64,000 nt of DNA from Faecousia sp. (lineage in GTDB: Bacteria; Bacillota; Clostridia; Oscillospirales; Oscillospiraceae): NCBI GenBank assembly GCA_045537865.1, contig JAZSQH010000082.1, positions 3,360-67,359 of the forward strand, given 5' to 3'. Below, piece after piece: positions 31,977 through 41,596 of the stretch. Each line of letters opens with the position of its first letter. Position 1 is the first letter of the stretch. Both the position numbers and the translations under genes were made by a program. The notes beneath the pieces were generated by a model. The model made no database searches. It saw only the letters and a list, made by a program, of their open reading frames with translations, and was not told where the DNA came from.

Positions 31977-34900
31977 GGGCAGTCACCTCCTTCTCTACTT
32001 CCTCCCAAAAACGCTGTGAGGACATCGCCTTGTAATTTCTGCGATCTTCCACATTTTCCAAATGGCACACCGCGCTGTACGGGCAGAATGCGCATGCATC
32101 ATGGGCACTGCCTCTTGTGTAGGGATTAGGTCTGACATTGCCGGATGCAATATCATCCACCATCTTACCAACAATCCCAAAAACATAGGCTTTCAGAAGC
32201 GCAAATTGCGTAGAATCTGCGATGTCACCGCTAAAAGAGCCATCCTTCTTTTTGGTAAATGGCATGCGATTTGGCGCATCAGCAGATTCCATCGCCTGCA
32301 TAACCGCCTCGTCCAGCAGTACCAAGCCCTTGCGTTTCCATAGTTTTTCGCGCGCCGCTTCCGCTTCATCCGGACACAGCATACCATCCGCATTGACCAG
32401 CGGAACGCGGGCAGGAAAATACTGAACGCCCGCAGAAATGCCGTCATACTCACGCTCCAGCGCAAACAGGTACAGCAGCATCTGCAATCCCAGACCGTTA
32501 AAGACATCGCAATAATCAAAATCTTTACGGCCGGTTTTGTAGTCCACAACACGAAAATAACGCTTGTCCCCGTTCTCCCAAACATCGACCCGGTCAATGA
32601 AACCTCTAAGTTTTGCGTTGATTTTTGCGCCGAGAATCGAAATTGCGGGAAGTGTATTTTCGAATCCAAATCCAACCTCAAAGCCGGTCGCTTCAAAGTC
32701 GCAATCATGCAGCTCTTTCCAAAGCTCTTGTACGATCAGGGAAAGCTCACGGCTGTTTCTTTGGAATAAATAACTAACACGCTGATCGTCCAGCAAGCCA
32801 AAACGCTCCTGAGCATACTGCTTGGAATACTCCTCGGCGATCTTAACAGCATCATCCATAGATATATTGCGGAAACCGCCATTATCCTGAATATGCTTTG
32901 CAGTATTTTCCAACACAGCATGCACATAAGTACCAAATTCCGCTGGATCGACAGTTGCAGGCTTTCGCTCATTTGCAAGTAGTCCGTATTTCAGGAAATA
33001 AGACAGCCGACATTCGCCATGTCTATCAATCTGCGAAGCAGATAAAACAATCGTATCGCCATAGAGTTTCTTAACATTATCCGGTGCAATGCTGCCGATA
33101 TGGAATATCTTTTTTGCGGTGGCATCCGCATATTGCTGGGAAAGTCGAATTTTATCGGATGCGTTCTGCGCATCAAACCGAGCAAGATATGCTGCAGCTT
33201 CTATCGGATCAGCCAAGGCTGCGCCGAGGGAGCATTTTGCTGCAATTTCACCGCCGGCAAGTTCTGCAAGCCGTCGATAGATAAAAGAGGGTTGACCACC
33301 GGAGTAACTGATCGTCACAGAATCTTCCGCAGCCGAAAATACTGCGTAGATTTCAGAAAAAGCTGTTTGCATGCCTTCCATTGCACCTTTGGTAAGCGGT
33401 AAACCCATTCCCTTCAGCGCATTTCGCTCCTGATCAGACAGAACTCCTGATGCGGCACTATATGCCGGTAAAACGCCTTCCTGAGCGCCGAGCACCAATA
33501 AATGCTTAACCTGATGACAGCCCAATGCACCCACAGAGCCGGCGATCACGGTATCCAATACCGGCGGGATCGTACCGACATCGTACTGGCTCAACAGTAG
33601 TTTCAGCAAACGATAGAAAACATCCGGCTCCCAAATCGTTTCACCTAAAACATCGTACATTTGCTCCAAAGCGCCAATAAGGATCTCCCACAGCTGATTC
33701 AGAATTTGCGCATTGCGGTTGTCGCCTTGGCTATCCATCTCACGGCTCAATTCATCTAATCTTTGCCGCACACGAGTCTGTTCCAAAAAACTATAAAGCG
33801 CACGGATCTGCTGTCCCAAATTGCCTGCACGCATAATTCCGTCTTTCAGATCCTGCAAAGGCGCAATCACTTGCAGTCTGGCATCATTCAGCGCTGCAAG
33901 ACGTTCGGCAGATTCCTCGGTAACACGTCCGTCAAAGCCATCCGGATGATTATCCCATTCGGTCAGCCAGAGATCTCTGGTAATACCCCAAAGCAACGCA
34001 TAATTCTCCAGCTTGTCGCAGGTCTGCAGATCCACTGGGGAAAGAAGCGACCGCATATATTCCAGAACATCCTGCTGCTCAAATCCGCCCAAAACCGTGT
34101 TGAGCGCCGCCAGAACCGTCATGATCACCGGTTTTCCCATGATCTGCTCCGTTCCGGACAAATAGATAGGCATATGGCATCTTGCAAAGATCATATCCAG
34201 TGTGTTGCGATAGGAATTCATGTCAGAACACACGATACCAACATCCCGGTATCTTGCGCCATTACGCACCAGCTCCATTACCTTCTCTGCTGCAGCCACA
34301 CATTCCTGGTAAACAGTGTCTGTCATATATGCAGATACTTCACCGGTAGACAGATTTTCCGTAATTGCGCCCTGAAACAGTTTATCCCTTACAATGCAGA
34401 GGGCATCCTCACGAGGTGCAATGTTGCGAATTTCATAAGGAATATGATTACTTTGTGCGAGTCGAATCAGCTGCAAGGCAGTCTGACCGGCATTTTCAAA
34501 CGCCACCCCCGTTGAGCCCGGAATATCGCATGTGAGGCTCACAGTTACAGATTGTGACTCTGTGATCAGGTGTTCCAGAATCGCCATGTGTTGATGGGTA
34601 AAATCCGGAAATCCGTCAATATAGAAAGTGTGTTGACTGGCAAATGCGCAATCTTCCAATTCCTCCAACAGCCAACTCATCTGATCTCTGGGATCTCGCT
34701 TACCTTGGGAGCAAAGCGCATCGTAGCTTTCCAGCAGTAATGCAAGTTCCTCCAGTTTTTGAGCAAGAGAACCCTGGGATCGAGCTGCTGCTTGCTTCAA
34801 ATCCGCTGCTGTAATACAGCATTGTTTAAATTCATCCACTGCATCAACAAGGCCGATCAGGAACTCCGGTCTGGTTTCTACCGCAGCATACGCTTTCAGT

Positions 34901-35208
34901 TTACTATGTAATTGGCGAGCGGCAGCTGCCATAGCAACTACACGACCGCCATTATCCAAACATTCCACCAATGCGTGACCGGCAAAATCTGAAACACGAT
35001 TACTCAATCTGGAAAAAGACAAAACTTCCGCATAGCGACTGGCTGTATCACCCGCTGCTGCGCACAATCGGCGCTCGGTATCATGGCTCACCGTTTCCGG
35101 AACAATCAGAAAGCGATTGCCTTTCATTTCAGCAACGTCACTTGCTATCATTTTTAAGATTTCATTTCGATTGGAAATCCAATCAGTGCCTAACAATAGC
35201 GTGAGCAT
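31969..35208 (-). CDS. addB: helicase-nuclease AddAB subunit B
   Basis: About 1079 aa with a C-terminal nuclease and Fe-S cysteines (C...CAFCPYSAVC). Start set at MLTLLLGTDW (ATG 35208) behind GAGGAGG. Confidence 0.9.
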   Translation of the reverse strand: MLTLLLGTDWISNRNEILKMIASDVAEMKGNRFLIVPETVSHDTERRLCAAAGDTASRYAEVLSFSRLSNRVSDFAGHALVECLDNGGRVVAMAAAARQLHSKLKAYAAVETRPEFLIGLVDAVDEFKQCCITAADLKQAAARSQGSLAQKLEELALLLESYDALCSQGKRDPRDQMSWLLEELEDCAFASQHTFYIDGFPDFTHQHMAILEHLITESQSVTVSLTCDIPGSTGVAFENAGQTALQLIRLAQSNHIPYEIRNIAPREDALCIVRDKLFQGAITENLSTGEVSAYMTDTVYQECVAAAEKVMELVRNGARYRDVGIVCSDMNSYRNTLDMIFARCHMPIYLSGTEQIMGKPVIMTVLAALNTVLGGFEQQDVLEYMRSLLSPVDLQTCDKLENYALLWGITRDLWLTEWDNHPDGFDGRVTEESAERLAALNDARLQVIAPLQDLKDGIMRAGNLGQQIRALYSFLEQTRVRQRLDELSREMDSQGDNRNAQILNQLWEILIGALEQMYDVLGETIWEPDVFYRLLKLLLSQYDVGTIPPVLDTVIAGSVGALGCHQVKHLLVLGAQEGVLPAYSAASGVLSDQERNALKGMGLPLTKGAMEGMQTAFSEIYAVFSAAEDSVTISYSGGQPSFIYRRLAELAGGEIAAKCSLGAALADPIEAAAYLARFDAQNASDKIRLSQQYADATAKKIFHIGSIAPDNVKKLYGDTIVLSASQIDRHGECRLSYFLKYGLLANERKPATVDPAEFGTYVHAVLENTAKHIQDNGGFRNISMDDAVKIAEEYSKQYAQERFGLLDDQRVSYLFQRNSRELSLIVQELWKELHDCDFEATGFEVGFGFENTLPAISILGAKINAKLRGFIDRVDVWENGDKRYFRVVDYKTGRKDFDYCDVFNGLGLQMLLYLFALEREYDGISAGVQYFPARVPLVNADGMLCPDEAEAAREKLWKRKGLVLLDEAVMQAMESADAPNRMPFTKKKDGSFSGDIADSTQFALLKAYVFGIVGKMVDDIASGNVRPNPYTRGSAHDACAFCPYSAVCHLENVEDRRNYKAMSSQRFWEEVEKEVTAHG

Positions 35209-35267
35209 TGGAACGCCTCCTCTCTTTTTCTTTACTATATCACAACTTGTGACCAAATAATAGGACA

Positions 35268-35885
35268 TTATGATTGGAAATGAAATAAATTTTCGATTTT
35301 TCCGATACAATCCAGGAAAAAGAAACGAACTTCACCACCCTGATCGTTACTTAACGCACCGGCAAGACCATTATTCATACCGGCAGATACCGCAACATCA
35401 CAAAAAACGGCGGTATTGTTCGGCGCACACAGCGACGGGAATATTACACACCACCAATTTTGTCCGCTACCCTCTCCAATGGTAACTCGCAGCGAATCAT
35501 ATACACCGGCTGGTAAAGAAAATGTATCGTAATTCCTTGTGCCAAACTCCGTTTTCCCTAGGGACACATCAGCAGAAGCATTATCGCCCAATTCCATCAA
35601 GGTTGTATTAGCAACCATTTCAATGTCATGCAAGTGCATTTGAATAAATGCGTACGCATTGTCCTTGTCAGCCTGCAGATAAATATGTTGATCATTCAGA
35701 TAATCAACGACGGCATCCTTTACAGCCAATTTTACCGCCTGATCCTCCTGATCGTCCGATGCCGCTACTACGTGTAATCGGATAATGCCGTTGCGCAAAT
35801 GCTGCCGATCAGCCAACAATCCGCCAATACAAAACAGCACTAATAATAAAACCAACGACCAAACAAATCGAGTTAATTTTTGCAT
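35268..35885 (-). CDS. spoIIR: stage II sporulation protein R
   Basis: Signal/TM segment, then IRLHVVAASDDQEDQAVKLAVKDAV and NWWCVIFPSLC signature blocks. The start is ambiguous (ATG 35885 or 35900). Confidence 0.8.
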   Translation of the reverse strand: MQKLTRFVWSLVLLLVLFCIGGLLADRQHLRNGIIRLHVVAASDDQEDQAVKLAVKDAVVDYLNDQHIYLQADKDNAYAFIQMHLHDIEMVANTTLMELGDNASADVSLGKTEFGTRNYDTFSLPAGVYDSLRVTIGEGSGQNWWCVIFPSLCAPNNTAVFCDVAVSAGMNNGLAGALSNDQGGEVRFFFLDCIGKIENLFHFQS

Positions 35886-35926
35886 AAAAACACCGTCCAT
35901 ACTGAAATACTTCCAGTATGGACGGT
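35886..35926 (-). terminator. strong hairpin plus T5 after ispE, abutting the spoIIR start
   Basis: Perfect 13-bp stem ACCGTCCATACTG/CAGTATGGACGGT (35892-35904 / 35914-35926). On the minus strand it is followed by GTTTTT and then ATG 35885. Confidence 0.55.
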
Positions 35927-35937
35927 TATCGCCAAAA

Positions 35938-36795
35938 TTATACAGGCTTAGCAATATACACCTGCGGATAATTTTCCTTTAACATGTTGCAAATCACCGC
36001 AGCATATTCAAATTCCGTCACGATCGCAAAGACGGCAGAACCGGAACCGGTCATTTGTTGACCCAAAGAACCATAGCTGTTAAAAATAGACTTGATGTAG
36101 TTAAGTTCCAGATGTTCTTCCGTTACAACAGGATCAAAGACGTTATAGATGTTCTCAATAACTTTGCCCAAATCCCCTGCCAGCAATGCGCTTTGCATCG
36201 CATTGTGATCCGGTCTTCTTTTGATTTGCGTTGCATCCAGTTTCTGATACAGTTCCGGTGTGGAGGATGCAAAATCAGGCTTGCAAACAACAAAAATACA
36301 CTCTGGCATATCGGGAAGTTTTGTCATTCTCTCTCCCCTGCCTTCGCAAAGTACTGTGCCGCCAATTACACAGAACGGCACATCACTGCCCACCTCTGCG
36401 CCCAGCTCCGCAAGGGCATAAATAGAAAGCGGATTACCGTAATGCTTATTCAGCGCTCTCAATACAGCAGCTGCATCTGCGCTGCCACCACCCAGGCCAG
36501 CTTCCGTAGGGATACGTTTTGTGATACGAATAGCAATACCTTTATCTTCCTTACCGGTAGTATCATAAAATACCCGTGCAGCTTTCCATGCCAAATTCCG
36601 TTCATCCGCTGGAATTCCCTCTTCTGCGCAGCTGAGCTCCCAAGGTTTGCCGGTATCCACATCGATCTCCACATCGTCACGCAGAGAGATGGTCTGCATA
36701 ATGCTCTTAATATCGTGATATCCGTCACTGCGCTTATCAAGAACATCTAATGTCAGATTAATTTTTGCATAAGCACCTTCGTAAAGTGTAACCAT
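35938..36795 (-). CDS. ispE: 4-(cytidine 5'-diphospho)-2-C-methyl-D-erythritol kinase
   Basis: 285-aa GHMP kinase with motif PTEAGLGGGSADAAA. Confidence 0.9.
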   Translation of the reverse strand: MVTLYEGAYAKINLTLDVLDKRSDGYHDIKSIMQTISLRDDVEIDVDTGKPWELSCAEEGIPADERNLAWKAARVFYDTTGKEDKGIAIRITKRIPTEAGLGGGSADAAAVLRALNKHYGNPLSIYALAELGAEVGSDVPFCVIGGTVLCEGRGERMTKLPDMPECIFVVCKPDFASSTPELYQKLDATQIKRRPDHNAMQSALLAGDLGKVIENIYNVFDPVVTEEHLELNYIKSIFNSYGSLGQQMTGSGSAVFAIVTEFEYAAVICNMLKENYPQVYIAKPV

Positions 36796-36932
36796 ATTTA
36801 TATACCTTTCTTGTGGATTGCTGTGATAATTATAAGCATATTAAGCGCAAAATGCAATCCCCACGATAAAAATGTATATTATGACCTGCATTGGGCATCA
36901 TAGGTACATCCAATACAAATGGAGGTACTTCT

Positions 36933-37139
36933 ATGGATACAATTGCATTGATCCTTTCCATCATTGGTTCTATCAACTGGGGTTTGGTTGGCATTTTCCA
37001 ATTTGATCTGGTTGCATGGCTCTTTGGTGGACAAAGTGCGGTATTCAGCCGTATTATTTACGCACTTGTAGGCCTTGCAGGTCTTTGGTGCATTTCTCTG
37101 CTGTTCCGCAGAGGTCGCCAGCAAATTGATGGTGAATAA
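36933..37139 (+). CDS. DUF378 family membrane protein
   Basis: MDTIALILSIIGSINWGLVGIFQFDLVAWLFG is the characteristic DUF378 core. ATG lies 7 nt after GGAGG. Confidence 0.7.
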   Translation: MDTIALILSIIGSINWGLVGIFQFDLVAWLFGGQSAVFSRIIYALVGLAGLWCISLLFRRGRQQIDGE

Positions 37140-37143
37140 GAAA

Positions 37144-37173
37144 ACAGCGGCATCATGGATGCCGCTGTTTTAC
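37144..37173. terminator. bidirectional hairpin terminator
   Basis: ACAGCGGCATC/GATGCCGCTGT 11-bp stem flanked by an A-run and a T-run. Confidence 0.55.
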
Positions 37174-38187
37174 TTATCTAACCATAACTCTGCATTTTAC
37201 AGTCTTGCCATTATATTCGGCATATATATAAGCCTCATCACCGGTTTTTCCGGTAACAGTTGCAACACCTACACGGTTAACAGTAATTACAGATTCATTA
37301 CTGGAGGAGAATTTAATCTGAGTGGACTTAACCTTACCTTCTTTATCCAGATAAACAGTCCAAACTTCACCCATATTAACGGAAACGTCGCCTACTTCCG
37401 GATTGCCAACCATATATTGACTCCAGTTCATGTCCCAATTTTCAGCAGTCTCAGGCTCGGTTGCTTCCGTAGAAGGCTCAGTTTCACCTTCCGAAGGCGC
37501 AACCTCAAAATTGCAGACAACATGACACTCGGCAGCAGCCTGACCGCAGGTAATGGTGATCACAGCTTCGCCGGGGCCCACCGCTGTAACTTTACCATCC
37601 TGGTTGACAGTCGCAACACGCTCATCGGTAGATGCAAAAACAACCACATCAGTAGTGTCTGCAGGGTCAGTAGTCACGTTCAGAAGCAGTGCAGCATCTG
37701 CTTTTTCGAATTCGACAGTTGCCTTGGAAACGGTAATGTTCTGGCAAGGAATTTCCAAAACGGTGGTCTCAATGGTTTCTGTGGTCGTGGTGGGAACTGT
37801 GGTTGTATTAGCCAATGCATCGCCGCCATTAGATCCAGCAGGCGCAAAGAAACGCAAGACAATATAAATTACGACTGCAACAATTGCCAGCAGCAAGGCG
37901 ATAATCGCAATCACGATACCGGTATCCTTGCCTTTGCCGTTGCTGCCGCTATTTGCCAACTGCTCTGCGCCATCGCCGGAAACGGCTTGTGTGCCACGTT
38001 TCTTAACATTGCTTTTAGAAAAACGTCCACCTTTGACGTATGTATAATTGTTATTCTGGTTCTCGTGCTCACCGGTATCACCGCTGACCGCCTGTGCATC
38101 ACCGGCGCGAACACATCCACAAATGGGGCAATGTGTTGCTGTTTCAGGATAAGACGTACCACAAACATCACAAATGATCTTGCTCAT
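37174..38187 (-). CDS. zinc-ribbon / single-TM / two Ig-like (Big_2-type) domain protein
   Basis: N-terminal CDVCG...CPICG zinc ribbon, a G/N/S-rich linker, TM segment IVIAIIALLLAIVAVVIYIVL, then two segments resembling Big_2 (for example VFASTDERVATVNQDGKVTAVGPGEAVITI). Confidence 0.5.
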   Translation of the reverse strand: MSKIICDVCGTSYPETATHCPICGCVRAGDAQAVSGDTGEHENQNNNYTYVKGGRFSKSNVKKRGTQAVSGDGAEQLANSGSNGKGKDTGIVIAIIALLLAIVAVVIYIVLRFFAPAGSNGGDALANTTTVPTTTTETIETTVLEIPCQNITVSKATVEFEKADAALLLNVTTDPADTTDVVVFASTDERVATVNQDGKVTAVGPGEAVITITCGQAAAECHVVCNFEVAPSEGETEPSTEATEPETAENWDMNWSQYMVGNPEVGDVSVNMGEVWTVYLDKEGKVKSTQIKFSSSNESVITVNRVGVATVTGKTGDEAYIYAEYNGKTVKCRVMVR

Positions 38188-38337
38188 AATTCAACCTCCA
38201 CTACACCGCAAAATACACAGCGGTTATATTTCGCTCTTATTATAGCATTTCTTGCTGAATAAAACAACTATAAACATGTTGCTTTTTTTGTAAATTTATT
38301 TTATCATATATATGAAAATAAAAAGGAGGCGATATTT

Positions 38338-41300
38338 GTGTCAGAACCTAAACTGATTTCGCCAATGCTTGACAATTTTGCAATGGGAGATCCAGTCAGC
38401 GAACACCACGGTGTGCGCTGCTGTCCCGCAATGGAAAACGAAACCGACGAGAAATATATCGTCAAAATTATTTCCACCCCGGCATCCCAAACCCAGGTTG
38501 AAGCATTGCTTCTTAGTGGCGCATTTGCAGACAATGATGCCGCTATGGCGTACTATAATGATATTGCGCAGAGTATCACCGAGGAAGCGCAGGTACTCCA
38601 AAAGCTCTCACAGCTGGAAGGATTTATGCCTTACGAAAGCTGGCAGATCGAACCTATAGACGAAGGCGTCGGCTATGATATTTACCTGCTTAGCCGTTAC
38701 AGAAAGACCTTGCAACGTTATTTTCAGCGTAACCCCATTACCCATTTAGGTGCATTGAACCTTGGTTTGGATCTGTGCGCTGCGCTGGCAGTATGCCGGA
38801 GAATGGGTTATATCTATGTTGACCTAAAGCCGGAAAATGTCTATCTGACCGACAAACTGGAATATCGGATCGGTGACATCGGCTTTATTAAGCTGGATTC
38901 TTTGAAATATGCATCTTTGCCGGAACGGTATCGCAGCGATTACACTGCGCCGGAAATCACGGATGCTTATTCTGCATTGAACAGCACCATCGATGTTTAT
39001 GCGTTGGGTTTGATTTTGTATCAGGCATTTAACAACGGCATTATCCCTGAAATATCTGCAGATAATAACAGTTCCCAGTTGCCGCCTCCTACCTATGCAG
39101 ACTACGAGATGTCTGAAATCATCCTGAAGGCCTGCGCAATGAACCCTGAGGATCGTTATCAGGATCCAATCGAAATGGGTCAGGCACTTGTCAGCTATAT
39201 GCAGCGCAATGGTGCGCATGACACCCCAATCGTCCCTCAGGCCGTAGTTGAAGAAGAACCTGCCGAAGACGAGACCGGTGTATACGAAGAAACACCCGTC
39301 GAAACAGATAGCGAACCCGAAACAACTGACGAAGAGCAGGAGGAATATATCCCGGTGGAGGAGGAAATCGCACCCACCGAGGAATACATTTTCACCGAGG
39401 ACGAGGAAGGCAACCTGACCGTTATCACCGAGGATTCTGAGGACGAAACTGCACCGGATCAGGAGGATGTAGCTGTTGACTACGAGGAAGTCACAGAGGA
39501 AGTTTCTGATATCCTCAATCAAGCCGACGAACTGATCGCCCACCCTGCCCCAGATCCCGTTGTGCAGCCGGAAGCCATCGAAGTCACACTTCCTGAAGTA
39601 TTGCCCGAGGAAGAAACAGAACAAGAATATGAGCAAGATGCAGATGGTGAAAATCTGACTGAGGAATCCGCAGAGGAATCTACCGAGGACACTGAGGACT
39701 CCGAGGATGCCGAGGACGCAGAGAAACAGCCCTGCGAACCTGCAGAGGAAGTAAACGATGCTGCGGAGAATGTAGAGGATGCGCCGACTGAGGAATCCGA
39801 AGCTGAACCTGAAACTAAAGTAGAATCCTCCGAGGATGTTACCCCCGTCAAGAAACGCGGCGGTAAAAAATGGTTGATCGGTGTGATCGTCGCTGTACTG
39901 GTTGCAGCCCTTGCAGTGGTTGGTTTCTTGTTCTATAAGAACTACTACCTGCAGGAAATTCAATCCATTGTCCTGGAAACCAGCGACAAGGGATCGCTGA
40001 CTGTTACAGTATCCAGCGATGTGGATGAGAACAAGCTTACTGTGATCTGCCTGGACGCCTATGGCAACCAGATCACTGCGCCTGTAGAGAACGGCAGAGC
40101 CGTGTTTACGGGATTGGCTCCTAATTCTGCATATACCATTAAAGTTGTGATCGGCGGTTTCCATCGCCTTACCGGCAATACCATCGCATCTTTCACAACC
40201 CCCCGGGAAACGCAGGTTGTGCAATTTCAGGCTGTTACCGGTTCTGAGGACGGAAGTGTGATCCTGAGCTTCACCGTTGAAGGCCCTGAATCCAACGAAT
40301 GGAACGTCAGCTACAGCTGTGCGAACGAGGAAGCAAAAGATGTTACTTTCTCAGGACGGATGGTTGCACTCACCGGTCTTACCGTTGGAAACGAATATAC
40401 ATTTACGCTGACTCCCATGGATGATATTACGCTGACCGGTTCTGTAACAACCACCTATACTGCAAGCAAGATCATCAAGGCAGAAGATCTGTTTATCATG
40501 GGTCGCGTTGATGGCAAACTGACAGCACAGTGGTCTGCACCCAGCGGCATTACCGTAAACAGCTGGACTGTTCGATGTTATAACGACAGCGGTTACGATC
40601 AGACCATCATTACCGAGCAACCGAATGCTGTATTCGAGGGTGTTGACAACTCAGCAGAATACACTGTAGAAGTCACAGCCGCCGGCATGAGCGTCAGCGA
40701 ACGTGCATTTGCTCCTGCGAACGCAATTAACGTCACCAACTTTTCTGTAGATAACAGTAATTCCAACAAATTAGTATTGTCCTGGAGTGCTGATACAGAA
40801 AGCGAATGGTTGCTGTACTATACCGTTGACGGCTATGCCGAACAGCAGGCAGAATGCAGCGATAACAATACTGCTATCGTCGACCTTGTTATCCCCGGCG
40901 GAACGTACAGATTTACACTGAAGGCTGAGAGCGTTGCTGCAGCATTTGGCGGCAATTTGATCTACACGGCTGCAGCTGCCGAAGCATTTGATAATTATGG
41001 TGTTTCCAAAGACGCCATGGAATTCATGATGTGTGAAACTCCCTCCTATTCCGACTGGGATCGTTGGGATCTGTCTGATTCTGACTACAGAACAGAGTTT
41101 GCTGTTGGCGAAAAAGCATCTTTTCTTGTCCATATAACGAACAAATATGGCGTTTCCTCGGACGAGATCGTAACGCTCTTTGCGATTCGGGATAGCAGCG
41201 GGAAATTGATCAGTGTTGATCAGCAGGTCGACACATGGCGCTCCATGTGGTATCGCAATTACGGTGAATTTGATCTGCCTTCCCTGCCCCAGTCCGCAGG

Positions 41301-41367
41301 AGAGTACATAGTCGAAGTATACTTTAACGGCGCATTGGCATGTTCCCAAAGTTTCACAATATCCTAA
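38338..41367 (+). CDS. membrane Ser/Thr-kinase-like protein with acidic linker and FN3-like ectodomain repeats
   Basis: GTG start 8 nt after AAGGAGG. Hanks subdomains are visible: YIVKII, YVDLKPEN at 38815-38838, DIG at 38875-38883, TAPE and DVYALG. An E/D/T-rich stretch of about 200 aa follows, then a TM segment and four FN3-like modules of about 90 aa. Confidence 0.6.
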   Translation: MSEPKLISPMLDNFAMGDPVSEHHGVRCCPAMENETDEKYIVKIISTPASQTQVEALLLSGAFADNDAAMAYYNDIAQSITEEAQVLQKLSQLEGFMPYESWQIEPIDEGVGYDIYLLSRYRKTLQRYFQRNPITHLGALNLGLDLCAALAVCRRMGYIYVDLKPENVYLTDKLEYRIGDIGFIKLDSLKYASLPERYRSDYTAPEITDAYSALNSTIDVYALGLILYQAFNNGIIPEISADNNSSQLPPPTYADYEMSEIILKACAMNPEDRYQDPIEMGQALVSYMQRNGAHDTPIVPQAVVEEEPAEDETGVYEETPVETDSEPETTDEEQEEYIPVEEEIAPTEEYIFTEDEEGNLTVITEDSEDETAPDQEDVAVDYEEVTEEVSDILNQADELIAHPAPDPVVQPEAIEVTLPEVLPEEETEQEYEQDADGENLTEESAEESTEDTEDSEDAEDAEKQPCEPAEEVNDAAENVEDAPTEESEAEPETKVESSEDVTPVKKRGGKKWLIGVIVAVLVAALAVVGFLFYKNYYLQEIQSIVLETSDKGSLTVTVSSDVDENKLTVICLDAYGNQITAPVENGRAVFTGLAPNSAYTIKVVIGGFHRLTGNTIASFTTPRETQVVQFQAVTGSEDGSVILSFTVEGPESNEWNVSYSCANEEAKDVTFSGRMVALTGLTVGNEYTFTLTPMDDITLTGSVTTTYTASKIIKAEDLFIMGRVDGKLTAQWSAPSGITVNSWTVRCYNDSGYDQTIITEQPNAVFEGVDNSAEYTVEVTAAGMSVSERAFAPANAINVTNFSVDNSNSNKLVLSWSADTESEWLLYYTVDGYAEQQAECSDNNTAIVDLVIPGGTYRFTLKAESVAAAFGGNLIYTAAAAEAFDNYGVSKDAMEFMMCETPSYSDWDRWDLSDSDYRTEFAVGEKASFLVHITNKYGVSSDEIVTLFAIRDSSGKLISVDQQVDTWRSMWYRNYGEFDLPSLPQSAGEYIVEVYFNGALACSQSFTIS

Positions 41368-41374
41368 ATTAAAT

Positions 41375-41403
41375 GAGGCAGCCATTTCGGCTGCCTCTTT
41401 TAT
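41375..41403 (+). terminator. intrinsic terminator after the kinase-like gene
   Basis: GAGGCAGCC/GGCTGCCTC 9-bp stem plus TTTTAT. Confidence 0.55.
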
Positions 41404-41431
41404 AACATTGTAATTATTCATATAAAAAAGC

Positions 41432-41460
41432 TTGCAATTAAAAAATAATGGTGATATAAT
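41432..41460 (+). promoter_or_regulatory. sigma-A-type promoter of the aromatic operon leader
   Basis: TTGCAA (41432-41437), 17 nt, TATAAT (41455-41460). Confidence 0.55.
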
Positions 41461-41492
41461 CACCCTATCAAGCCATTATGGAGGCCGAAATC

Positions 41493-41552
41493 ATGGTCAC
41501 TATGAACGTAGCACAGTTCTTTTTTGGCAACTATTACTTTTTTAACGGTTAA
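41493..41552 (+). CDS. candidate Phe/Tyr-rich leader peptide (19 aa)
   Basis: GGAGG (41480-41484) lies 8 nt before the ATG. My translation is MVTMNVAQFFFGNYYFFNG. It lies between a promoter and a terminator upstream of aroF. Confidence 0.5.
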   Translation: MVTMNVAQFFFGNYYFFNG

Positions 41553-41596
41553 AAGTAATAGCGTTTTGTGCTGCAATAAATTATTTTTGTCTTAAC

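Noticed and set aside
37075-38262. 395-aa plus-strand ORF overlapping the zinc-ribbon/Big_2 gene
   Set aside because: The translation is compositionally odd and has no motifs. The opposite strand gives a coherent zinc-ribbon / TM / Ig-domain protein bounded by a terminator.
38824-40224. 466-aa minus-strand ORF, along with other antisense ORFs (39191-39851), opposite the kinase-like gene
   Set aside because: It is generated by the GAR-rich acidic-linker DNA, whose complement lacks stops. The sense strand has the kinase motifs and a good SD.
41478-41492. Longer 24-codon version of the aro leader peptide, starting at ATG 41478
   Set aside because: There is no SD upstream, and it would lie only about 11 nt from the predicted TSS. 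ATG 41493 has a perfect GGAGG at 8 nt. The F/Y-rich part is the same either way.
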